From positions 1 through 40,474 of the IMG/VR virus record IMGVR_UViG_3300013767_000073: DNA of 40,474 nucleotides; one strand, given 5' to 3'. Positions 33,498-40,474 of this stretch are shown here, in pieces. This stretch comes from a virus. Position 1 is the first letter of the stretch. Every line of letters begins with the position of its first letter. Under the pieces are notes generated by a model. That model was not told the DNA's origin and ran no database searches. It worked only from the letters and a program-made list of their open reading frames with translations. The translations under genes and the position numbers were made by a program.

Positions 33498-34036
33498 GCC
33501 AGGGCCTCGCAGAATTCCTCCTCGCCCACGATGGCGTCGACCTCGTCGAACGCGTGGAACAGGTGCGCCGTGACGTGCAGCTCGCGGTCGAACTCTTGCA
33601 GCTTGATGCCTGGGTCCGGGCCAAAGTTAGGGGTGGCTGCATTGACCAGGTGGAGCAGGCGGCCGCCATGCTCGCGTACCAGAGTGGCCTCGGCCTCTGT
33701 GCACACATCGGGAATGATGACTGGGACGCATTGCGCAGCGGCTTCGCGCAGGGCGTCACGCGTCGGGTCTATCAGGGTGTCGGCGCCGACGGCAGCGCGG
33801 ATCCATGTCCAGCGCAGGGAATGCAGCAGCTGCGCTGGCGATTTCTTGAGCTGGGGGACCGGCGTGTGGAAAAGGTCTGTGCGGAAATGATCATCGGCGA
33901 GATGAAAGCCGGCCTGCAGCATGCGGCGCAGGGGCCTATCGAAGCTGACGATCGTGAAGCGGTGATCGCTGGAGGCGAGATAGTCGGCGATGGCGTCCTG
34001 CCCGGCGCCCGGGCGGCCGGTGATTCCGATCAACAT
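33494..34036 (-). CDS. dNMP-kinase-like protein with degenerate P-loop
   Basis: MLIGITGRPGAGQDAIADYL resembles phage deoxynucleotide monophosphate kinases (..GLTGR.GSGKDT..), but has Q and A in place of the Walker-A K and T. Confidence 0.5.
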   Translation of the reverse strand: MLIGITGRPGAGQDAIADYLASSDHRFTIVSFDRPLRRMLQAGFHLADDHFRTDLFHTPVPQLKKSPAQLLHSLRWTWIRAAVGADTLIDPTRDALREAAAQCVPVIIPDVCTEAEATLVREHGGRLLHLVNAATPNFGPDPGIKLQEFDRELHVTAHLFHAFDEVDAIVGEEEFCEALA

Positions 34037-34048
34037 GGTGAATCTCCT

Positions 34049-34234
34049 TCAGTCGAGGTCGTTGGCCTGCCGGCGCTTGTGGTCGATCACGCTGGGATCG
34101 TGTGGGCGCGGGGAAGCCTTGCGGGCCGTCTGCAGCCGTGCCTTGATCGAGGCGATCAGCTCCAGGCGGGTCTTCTTGTGGCGGATCGCCTCCTCTGGGC
34201 GGCCGCTGCCCTTGATGCGGACGAACTCCGCCAT
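34049..34234 (-). CDS. Hypothetical small basic protein
   Basis: In-frame ATG at 34234 (MAEFVRIKGSGRPEE...). The upstream part of ORF 34049..34459 looks non-coding. Confidence 0.4.
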   Translation of the reverse strand: MAEFVRIKGSGRPEEAIRHKKTRLELIASIKARLQTARKASPRPHDPSVIDHKRRQANDLD

Positions 34235-34272
34235 CAGGGCAGCGTTAGAGAAGGGGCGCGCCGCCACGGTAG

Positions 34273-34401
34273 TTAGGTCCGGCGGGCGATGGAGCTGGCA
34301 GCGGCCTCGTCCAGATCGCTTTCCACCGCGAGGGTGTGGGCGAGGCCGATGATCATCAGGGCGGTGAGATAGGCGAGGGCGCCTCGGTATTTCTTCGGCA
34401 T
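34273..34401 (-). CDS. Possible 42-aa membrane peptide, first gene of the leftward operon
   Basis: Hand-translated: MPKKYRGALAYLTALMIIGLAHTLAVESDLDEAAASSIARRT. GGAG lies 7 nt upstream. Below the ORF-track size cut-off. Confidence 0.3.
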   Translation of the reverse strand: MPKKYRGALAYLTALMIIGLAHTLAVESDLDEAAASSIARRT

Positions 34402-34439
34402 TGCGCGTCTCCATGCTGGGTAACACGCGCATGTTAGAA

Positions 34440-34473
34440 GTGATTCTAATAAACGTCAAAGGGTGATTCTAAT
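34440..34473. promoter_or_regulatory. Direct repeats in the divergent regulatory region
   Basis: gtgattctaat at 34440-50 and 34463-73, in an AT-rich 285-bp intergenic region. Confidence 0.4.
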
Positions 34474-34686
34474 GGTGCGGGCCGGGTCACCCCACTAGAG
34501 TGGTGTAAAAGTATCTAACGAGGCATATCTGTGAGCCTCACTTTGTCGTGAAAGTGAGACGTTCTGCTAAGTGGGAATTCTGCTTAGGTCACAAATACCA
34601 TGAGCCCATGTCTACACATTTTGTGTTGTATGTAAGTAACGAAATGTGATGCGCGCGATACCTGTTTCTCGTTACCGTCGCGCCCT

Positions 34687-35058
34687 ATGGACGACAACAA
34701 GACAATTCCCTGGGGCCGGATTGCGACGCATCTGCAGCGGGCTGGTCATACGCAGATGTGGCTGGCCGGCCAGCTAAATGTCGCGTCCAACGTGGTGACG
34801 AACTGGAAGCGACGGGGCGGCGCGCCGATGGGGCGGGCCCGCGAGTTGGCGGACGCCTTCGGTATCTCGGTAGGGCAGCTGCTCGAGCATCAAGAGGTGC
34901 GTGAGCGCATGAGTAAGGCTGGCCTGCGCCTGGTCGACCGGATCAGGGAGATGGATCAGCGCGGCCTGCTGACGAAGCAGGCCGAGGCAGCCGCGATGGC
35001 CTTTCTGGATCTCGTGGAGAGTGCCGGAGCTGTCGCGGCAGGAAGAGGGCGGAAATAG
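34687..35058 (+). CDS. XRE-family HTH transcriptional regulator
   Basis: TQMWLAGQLNVASNVVTNWKRRGGAPMGRARELADAFGISVGQLL is a Cro/CI-type HTH. Divergent from the leftward operon. Confidence 0.7.
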   Translation: MDDNKTIPWGRIATHLQRAGHTQMWLAGQLNVASNVVTNWKRRGGAPMGRARELADAFGISVGQLLEHQEVRERMSKAGLRLVDRIREMDQRGLLTKQAEAAAMAFLDLVESAGAVAAGRGRK

Positions 35059-35079
35059 CCTCCGTATGGGGCTATTTCC
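35051..35079. terminator. 10-bp-stem hairpin between the convergent regulator and cI genes
   Basis: ggaaatagcc (35051-60) pairs with ggctatttcc (35070-79). No strong T-run on either side. Confidence 0.4.
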
Positions 35080-35082
35080 GCT

Positions 35083-35892
35083 TTACAGCGGGCGGCCTGA
35101 GAATACGACGATGCCGCAGAAGTGGTGGTCTGGCTCGACTTGTGTGAATCGGTATGGCCAGGCCGGGTTGATTGCCTCAAGGAACAGCTGGTCCTCGATC
35201 TTGGTGAGCCTCTTGAAGGTCGCCTCATTGCCGTTGCGGGCCACGATGACGAACTTGCCCGGTACTGCCTCAAGGTCCGGATTGACGAATAGCAAGGTGT
35301 CCTCGGGGAAGGAGTAGCGCGATTCTGGCGTGCCGGTCATCGACATCCCCTTTACCCGCAATACGTACCCTCGAGGGCCCAGGTCATAGGGGCAGTAATG
35401 CCGATTGACCCCTTCTTCCGACACGAAATTGTCACTGATTGTTGTCCACATCCCCGCTTGCACCCATGAAATCTCGGGGTATTGGCGTGCCCTTATGTCT
35501 GGCCCTGCCTCGAAGTTGTCCCCCGCTGAAGGCTGATTGTAAGCCGACGCTACAGAAGCGTTTCTCCCCTCCAGCGGAGGGGAAGTGTCATCGACGGGGG
35601 TGTTTGCTACTGAGAGTAGGCTGCCGGCCAGCCGCGGGCTGATCTCAGATGGGCGGGCGCCTATCGCCGCACAGATCGCCACCAGCGCTTTGAGATTCAA
35701 GGGGATGATGCCGCGTAGGTATTGCCCTACGGCACTTTGCTTTCCTAGCTTTGACACGGATCCCAGCCATTCCTGGGTAGGTCGCTCCCCTTTCTCTGCG
35801 CATCGATCCTGGTATGCCTTCCATGCAGTGGTGAGCCGGGCTGCATCGGCTTGTTCCTCAGCGCTCAGGGCGCGTTTGCGTACGGTTGCCAT
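35083..35892 (-). CDS. cI: CI-like repressor (HTH + S24 LexA-type autopeptidase)
   Basis: N-terminal HTH (QSAVGQYLRGIIPLN). C-terminal VKGMSMTGT (Ser) and EATFKRL (Lys). Ala-Gly in the linker. Confidence 0.85.
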   Translation of the reverse strand: MATVRKRALSAEEQADAARLTTAWKAYQDRCAEKGERPTQEWLGSVSKLGKQSAVGQYLRGIIPLNLKALVAICAAIGARPSEISPRLAGSLLSVANTPVDDTSPPLEGRNASVASAYNQPSAGDNFEAGPDIRARQYPEISWVQAGMWTTISDNFVSEEGVNRHYCPYDLGPRGYVLRVKGMSMTGTPESRYSFPEDTLLFVNPDLEAVPGKFVIVARNGNEATFKRLTKIEDQLFLEAINPAWPYRFTQVEPDHHFCGIVVFSGRPL

Positions 35893-35960
35893 ACGGGAAT
35901 TTTAGTAGAGTTGCTACTGATTTAGGCTCCTTCAAAAGAAGAAGGGGTCTCATCCTTTTG

Positions 35961-35989
35961 TTGACCAAAAGAATTAGTGCTTCTAATAT
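35961..35989 (+). promoter_or_regulatory. Candidate rightward early promoter (PR-like)
   Basis: TTGACC (35961-66), 17-nt spacer, TAATAT (35984-89). A dyad cttttg-ttgac-caaaag overlaps the -35. Using it would leave a near-leaderless cro transcript. Confidence 0.45.
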
Positions 35990-35998
35990 TTGGGGCCT

Positions 35999-36322
35999 AT
36001 GAGCCTCCAAACCTATCTCGCCGATTCCGGCATCACGCAGGCAGCGTTCGCTGCCCAGCTCGGAGTGACCCAGTCAATGGTGGGGCAGTGGATGCGGGGC
36101 GTGGTCGTGCCGCCTCCAAGCCGTTGCGTGGAGATCGAGCTGCTCACCGATGGGCGAGTCAGCCGCATTGATCTTCGTCCAGCTGATTGGGCGCGCATCT
36201 GGCCAGAGCTCTATTGGCTTCGCGCTTGGCAAGAGTGGGGGCGCCAGCAACCGACGATGCGGGCCGCAGTGCGTGGCTTTGAGCGACATGGCGCGCGATG
36301 GCTCTTCGGTCGTGAGACGTGA
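35999..36322 (+). CDS. cro: Cro-like / YdaS-type HTH protein
   Basis: LQTYLADSGITQAAFAAQLGVTQSMVGQWMRG. Divergent from cI. Confidence 0.7.
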   Translation: MSLQTYLADSGITQAAFAAQLGVTQSMVGQWMRGVVVPPPSRCVEIELLTDGRVSRIDLRPADWARIWPELYWLRAWQEWGRQQPTMRAAVRGFERHGARWLFGRET

Positions 36323-36453
36323 GCCGCCGCAGGAGTTTCGGTTTGGGTTGAAACATGTTTTCTCCCTAAGCGCGCGGTCAAGGCGCCGCGCTACGAATGA
36401 AGCTTAATGGCTGTGCGCTGTAGACAACACGGTCAAGTAACGAGGGGTTTACC

Positions 36454-36975
36454 GTGACTTACGAATATTCCGACATCGATCAGCACGAAGCGCTGTACAA
36501 CCTGGCGCGCCGCTATCCCGGCGGGATCGATGCGCTTGCGCATGCTATGGGTCGCCGACTCGATAAGCAGGTGTCGCCGAATGTTCTGCGGAACAAGCTG
36601 CGTCCCGGGATCGATACCCACTTCCTCAACGCTGAAGAGTTCTCTTTGGTTGTCGAGCTGTGCGAAGAAGCGGGCGTGCAGGGGGCGAAAGTTCCCGTCC
36701 AGGCGCTGTGCTGGCGCCATGGCCTGGTCGCGGTCGAGCCGCCGCCTCCGACGGTCACGATCAGGGATGTGATCGTGAAACTGGGCAGCGTATCGAAGGA
36801 GTTCGCTGAGCTGGTGACCGAGGTCACGGCCGACGCTGCCGATGGGGTGATCTGCATGGCCGAGCGGGAGCGAATCCACAAGGAGGCGTTGGGGCTTGTG
36901 CAGGCTGTAATGGCGCTGACCATGGCGGCTGATGCGGTAGCGGTCACGGCTGCGCGGCGGGACGGGGACCAATGA
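36454..36975 (+). CDS. CII-like phage regulatory protein (CP76-type)
   Basis: GIDALAHAMGRRLDKQVSPNVLRNKLRPG ... EEFSLVVELCEEAG. Position after cro. GTG start after gagggg. Confidence 0.5.
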   Translation: MTYEYSDIDQHEALYNLARRYPGGIDALAHAMGRRLDKQVSPNVLRNKLRPGIDTHFLNAEEFSLVVELCEEAGVQGAKVPVQALCWRHGLVAVEPPPPTVTIRDVIVKLGSVSKEFAELVTEVTADAADGVICMAERERIHKEALGLVQAVMALTMAADAVAVTAARRDGDQ

Positions 36976-37328
36976 TCGGCGGTGCAGCTCCTGCTATGCC
37001 CGCTGGTGCGGTGGCCGTAGCGCACGTTTCGGTGCGTAGGCGGCGAGTGCCTCCCCGTCATAGACCGCTGAGTGCTGCTGAGCAGGATGACCTCTACGAC
37101 CGAATCACAAAGCGGATCGGGCGCGGGGGTCCCCCGTTTGGGGTTTTTGTCCTCAAGCAGGGACGAGGTCGGATCTTCAAGCTGCTCAGCAACAAGCATC
37201 ATGACTATGCGAAGCAGCTTGGGCGTGAGGAGTATCAGAGGCACATGATCTCCACCTATGACGCCCGAGTGAGCTTTGCGGATGTCTGGGCTGATCTGTG
37301 TGCCTTTGGGCGATCGGCGGCGGCATGA
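36972..37328 (+). CDS. Hypothetical protein
   Basis: 118 aa. ATGA overlap with the upstream gene. Confidence 0.5.
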   Translation: MIGGAAPAMPAGAVAVAHVSVRRRRVPPRHRPLSAAEQDDLYDRITKRIGRGGPPFGVFVLKQGRGRIFKLLSNKHHDYAKQLGREEYQRHMISTYDARVSFADVWADLCAFGRSAAA

Positions 37329-37738
37329 AGTTGGAGATCCGCTTCGAGCGGGACATGCCCTGCTGCAAGTCGACGCGCGTGGCGATCGGTGCGACATGCC
37401 GGCACGGGATGCAGTTGTGCTGCGCCTGGCATTACGCCGAGCGCGTGGCCGAGGCGAAAGGGCGACGAGGCCTGGACGCCTTTGCGCAGCACCTGCTCGG
37501 GTTCTGGTCGCTGGCGGATGCGTTTTGGGTCTTCGCGGCCGCAGGGCAGATGTCCACGCTGGCCGAGATCTGCAAAGAGCGGTGGCTGGCGCTTCCGGAT
37601 GGCGAGGCGCGTGCAGCCTACCGGGCCGAGGTTGTGGCGGCCACGCTCGCCTATCGCGCGGAGGTGGGGGCGCTCAACCCACCAGCCTTCGTTGCAACCT
37701 TCGATGTTCTCTGTGAGGCCGCCAGCGCGCGGCCATGA
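37325..37738 (+). CDS. Hypothetical Cys-rich protein
   Basis: ATG at 37325 overlaps the upstream stop. CCKS...C.HG..LCC.WH. Confidence 0.5.
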   Translation: MKLEIRFERDMPCCKSTRVAIGATCRHGMQLCCAWHYAERVAEAKGRRGLDAFAQHLLGFWSLADAFWVFAAAGQMSTLAEICKERWLALPDGEARAAYRAEVVAATLAYRAEVGALNPPAFVATFDVLCEAASARP

Positions 37739-37742
37739 GCTT

Positions 37743-37919
37743 ATGGATATTCCAATCCAATCGATCGAATCGCTCCGCAAGGCGGGGCGGGAGGCCGCTG
37801 AGGGCGGTGAGGCGCGGGACGCCAATCCGTTCCCGCGGTATGGCAGACACTACCGCCAATGGGAGCATGGCCATGTCTGGGCTGTGATCGCGATGGGTGA
37901 CAACGTGGAGGGCAACTGA
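37743..37919 (+). CDS. Small Rmf/CrpP-like protein
   Basis: In-frame ATG at 37743. AGREAAEGGEARDANPFPRYGRHYRQWEHG. Confidence 0.5.
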   Translation: MDIPIQSIESLRKAGREAAEGGEARDANPFPRYGRHYRQWEHGHVWAVIAMGDNVEGN

Positions 37920-39091
37920 TGGCGTCGACGATTCGTATCAGCGCCGCAGAGTTCGATGCCCTTGATGGTGAGAGCGATGAGCTGTTCCGTCTGTACATCG
38001 GCGCGCTGCGGCAGCGCATGGACTTCGCGACAGGTGTTGTGGGTCGTCGCCCGCGCCTGTCATACCAGGCGCTCAAGGAGTGGACTGAGCGGGCTGCACG
38101 TCCTGGTGTGAAGTACCTCGCGCACGACAAGTCCAAGCTGCAGCGCATGCTCGCGCGGCTGCAGGCCATCGGTCTCCTGCGCCGAATGGGTCGTGTTGGA
38201 GACCTGGTCTTTGCCTGCCCCCTCGCCGAACGGGATAGCGTTGGCCCAGAACAGGCCGATACGAAGTCGATACATCGCCGACGACCCGCAAAGCCTAGGC
38301 GTATCAATGGTTCGCGGGACTTGTCCACACAGGGCGAAAACAAGGAAGCCGCTACACACCCGGAGTCCGGTAAAACCAATACCCCTCCCAACCCTCCCCG
38401 CGATGCTGAGGCTGGTGGCTCCGGCGGGTCTACTCATCCAGCCCCCCACGCCTGCGGCGCGGGGGGTGAACAGGACCCCCAACACCATCAGCCCGCCGGT
38501 GTCATTGCCTTCGGCTCGTCGGACCCGGATGTGATGCTCGGTGAGCGGGATGTAGATCCACCCCCCCACGCCGCTGGCGTGGGGGGAGACCAGGGCCCCC
38601 AACACCCTCGCGCAACAGCGCAGCGGCTCTCAGAGGAACGCCACGAGAACGCGAAGAGCGGTGGGGATGGGCCTCCGGCCCGGCTTGCAGACGAGGGGTC
38701 GGGTGAGGTCGCGTGGGGGGAACATCAGGCGTGGCCGGTGCGCATGACGGACGAGGATCGGGCCTATCTTGTGCGAAAACAGCGCGAGGTAGGCGAGCCG
38801 ATGTTCCAGCGTGTTTTGGACGAACTGCGAGGCGCTATGGCAGCCGTTCCTGGTGGCATCCAAGACCCCTGGGCGTACCTCCACACATTGTTGCGGAATG
38901 CGAAAGAGAAGGGCGCCGCTTGGGAGACCGTCTATGCCGAGAAGGTTGCGCTAGCGCGGCAGAAAGTTGCGCGGACGATGGCGCAGCAGAGGGCGGAAGA
39001 TGAGGCGTTCGCTGCGACGCTCTCTGCCGCGCCTGGATACCCAGGGTCTGACAAGTTGCGCCAGATGGTGTGTGGCGGAGGCCGCCGATGA
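37919..39091 (+). CDS. Putative phage replication initiation protein (O-like: winged-helix N-terminus, low-complexity linker, helical C-terminus)
   Basis: Position in the early-right operon. The N-terminal region ends ...LQRMLARLQAIGLLRRMGRVGDLVF. The linker is encoded by dyad repeats. The C-terminus contains DPWAYLHTLLRNAKEKG. Confidence 0.4.
   Translation: MASTIRISAAEFDALDGESDELFRLYIGALRQRMDFATGVVGRRPRLSYQALKEWTERAARPGVKYLAHDKSKLQRMLARLQAIGLLRRMGRVGDLVFACPLAERDSVGPEQADTKSIHRRRPAKPRRINGSRDLSTQGENKEAATHPESGKTNTPPNPPRDAEAGGSGGSTHPAPHACGAGGEQDPQHHQPAGVIAFGSSDPDVMLGERDVDPPPHAAGVGGDQGPQHPRATAQRLSEERHENAKSGGDGPPARLADEGSGEVAWGEHQAWPVRMTDEDRAYLVRKQREVGEPMFQRVLDELRGAMAAVPGGIQDPWAYLHTLLRNAKEKGAAWETVYAEKVALARQKVARTMAQQRAEDEAFAATLSAAPGYPGSDKLRQMVCGGGRR
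38436..38486. repeat. 51-bp repeat A inside the O-like gene (contains a GC dyad)
   Basis: atccagccccccacgcctgcggcgcggggggtgaacaggacccccaacacc. Confidence 0.7.
38556..38606. repeat. 51-bp repeat B (43/51 identical to A, 120 bp apart)
   Basis: atccacccccccacgccgctggcgtggggggagaccagggcccccaacacc. Includes a perfect dyad: cccccacgcc-gct-ggcgtggggg. Confidence 0.7.
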
Positions 39092-39402
39092 GTTCGCAAG
39101 ATCTGAGCCCGGAGGCTGCCTACGCCGAGGCCGTTGAGCAGCTCCAGCGGCGTGCGACAGGGCAGGATGCCTGGTCGTCGCGTGCCGCGTTCTGGACGGC
39201 GGTGCGATACGGTGTTGGTGAGATCCGGCCGGGCACTTGGGCCGCGGCGGCGGATCGTTGGACGCGGCTGTGGGACATCGCGCGGCATGAACACTTGTCG
39301 CCGATCCCCGGTATTCCTGAGTCGGAAAACCTGCCGGCAACGGCCCCAGCAGCTGAGCGCGGCATCGCAGCGGCCAGGGCCATCGTCGGCAAACGGAGGT
39401 AA
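39088..39402 (+). CDS. Hypothetical protein
   Basis: ATG at 39088 in ATGA overlap with the O-like gene stop. Confidence 0.5.
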   Translation: MSSQDLSPEAAYAEAVEQLQRRATGQDAWSSRAAFWTAVRYGVGEIRPGTWAAAADRWTRLWDIARHEHLSPIPGIPESENLPATAPAAERGIAAARAIVGKRR

Positions 39403-39404
39403 GC

Positions 39405-39800
39405 ATGGTCGGCGTTGATTCTCATGAATGGGTGCGGGCGAGGCTCAATTCCTGGGCGGCGTGGCTACACAAGGGCAACGGCGGTCGCGGGTATGGCGAG
39501 AGCTGCCTCACGATCGACGAGGCGCGCACGGTGCCAGTGCGACCGTTTGTGGCCACGTTCGAGGACGAGTGCGAGCGCACGAACAAGGCGGTTCTCAAGC
39601 TGCCCGTGGACATGCGCAAGGTGGCCATGGGCTTCTACGTCGACCAGTTGCCGGCCCGACAGGTTGCGGCGCGGCTTAAGGTCAGCGAGCGGCAGGCCTA
39701 TCACATGCGAAAGACATTGCACGTGATGGTCAAATATTGCCTTGAGAATCAGGACGTTATTAGACCACCCTTTCACCTGCTGTTGAAATCCGTGCAGTGA
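39405..39800 (+). CDS. Putative late-gene antiterminator (Q-like)
   Basis: LNSWAAWL...GYGESC ... NKAVLKLPVDMRKVAMGFYV...PARQVAARLKVSERQAYHMRKTL. Last gene of the early-right operon, followed by a terminator. Confidence 0.45.
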   Translation: MVGVDSHEWVRARLNSWAAWLHKGNGGRGYGESCLTIDEARTVPVRPFVATFEDECERTNKAVLKLPVDMRKVAMGFYVDQLPARQVAARLKVSERQAYHMRKTLHVMVKYCLENQDVIRPPFHLLLKSVQ

Positions 39801-39852
39801 ACCAGTACATTTCCGCTACGCTGTGCGCTCGGTGCGTGCAGTGAGAATGAAG

Positions 39853-39883
39853 CCCGGCCCGGTCCATCCGCGCCGGGTTTTTT
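39853..39883 (+). terminator. Rho-independent terminator downstream of the Q-like gene
   Basis: cccggc (39853-58) pairs with gccggg (39872-77), followed by tttttt. Confidence 0.6.
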
Positions 39884-39915
39884 CATTTCAGCGCAGTCTC
39901 GGCGAGGGGTGTGCG

Positions 39916-40371
39916 ATGGGTCTGATCGGCAGGTTTATCGGATGGTGGCGCGGGCGCGCCGCGAGCGCGGCAACTGTGAAAGGCGGTCGTGTCTCGCCTC
40001 AGATGCCGCCGCGGCGAATGCCGACGCGGAATGTTCCGCCGCGTCCGAATCCTCGATCGCCGGCGTTGGCGGCGTTCGCTGCAGCGCCTCGGCCGTCGCG
40101 TGTTGCGCGTGAGCTGGTGGAACGCGATCGGCGCGAGGCCTTGGCACGCGAGTGGCGCCAGCAGGTGGCGGCGCCGGCCTCGAGCGAGGGGATGTCGATG
40201 CTGCCGGCGGCGATGCTGCTCGCCGCGGAGAGCGGTGAGGGCGTCGCGGCTGACGAGGGGTCGTTCGGGTTGCGTGGTGTGTGTGGTGGTGGCTCGTTTG
40301 ATGGTGGCGGCGCATCGGGCAGCTGGGATGGTGGCGGGTCAAGCGGCGACTCGGCTTCGTCGTCGGACTGA
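39916..40371 (+). CDS. Hypothetical protein with Pro/Arg-rich centre and Gly/Ser-rich tail
   Basis: In-frame ATG at 39916 (MGLIGRFIGWW...) lies after the terminator. The C-terminus lies in the terminal repeat. Confidence 0.5.
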   Translation: MGLIGRFIGWWRGRAASAATVKGGRVSPQMPPRRMPTRNVPPRPNPRSPALAAFAAAPRPSRVARELVERDRREALAREWRQQVAAPASSEGMSMLPAAMLLAAESGEGVAADEGSFGLRGVCGGGSFDGGGASGSWDGGGSSGDSASSSD

Positions 40372-40474
40372 AGGTGTCTCCTTCCCTGCCTCGCGAGCGG
40401 TCGCTTGGCAGGGCTTCGTCGGGCCGGTGCATGGCGGTGCATCGGCCCGATTTTCTTTTTCTTCCTGGTCTGCA
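40348..40474. repeat. Terminal direct repeat, copy 2
   Basis: Exact copy of 1..127. Confidence 0.95.

Noticed and set aside
36323-36453. A tR1/nut-like element or small RNA between cro and the CII-like gene.
   Set aside because: Only a 6-bp GC stem (36372..36391) without a T-run is present. No N-like gene was recognised. The evidence is insufficient.
1-40474. Integrase, transposase, tRNA, tmRNA or attachment site.
   Set aside because: No ORF on either strand showed recombinase motifs. No intergenic region is long enough or cloverleaf-like enough for a tRNA. The absence should still be confirmed with profile searches.

Overview
The window is a complete, circularly closed, GC-rich temperate siphovirus genome of 40,347 unique bp. 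Its first 127 bp are repeated exactly at 40348..40474.

Plus strand:
- An HK97-type packaging, head and tail module: HNH endonuclease, P27-type small terminase, large terminase, portal, ClpP-like prohead protease, major capsid, connectors, major tail, G/GT chaperone with a -1 frameshift, tape measure, and lambda M/L/K/I/J-like tip proteins.
- A tail fibre carrying an SGNH/GDSL esterase motif.
- A lysis cassette: GH19 endolysin, holin, and overlapping Rz/Rz1 spanins.

No integrase is visible. Instead there is a plasmid maintenance block:
- kfrA-like gene.
- Rep_3-type repA with an iteron, DnaA-box and AT-rich oriV.
- parA and parB, with three copies of a 16-18 bp palindrome.

The element is therefore best read as a phage-plasmid.

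The most notable feature is a complete diversity-generating retroelement (DGR) on the minus strand, between parA and a lambda-like immunity region (cI, cro, CII-like, O-like and Q-like genes). It comprises a reverse transcriptase, Avd, a 110-bp template repeat and two tandem target genes. Their 3' variable repeats differ from the template at 27 positions, all of them template adenines. The DGR lies far from the tail genes. It sits at the end of a chain of translationally coupled genes of unknown function.

I saw no tRNA, rRNA or CRISPR array. All family assignments come from motif recognition by eye, not from database searches.
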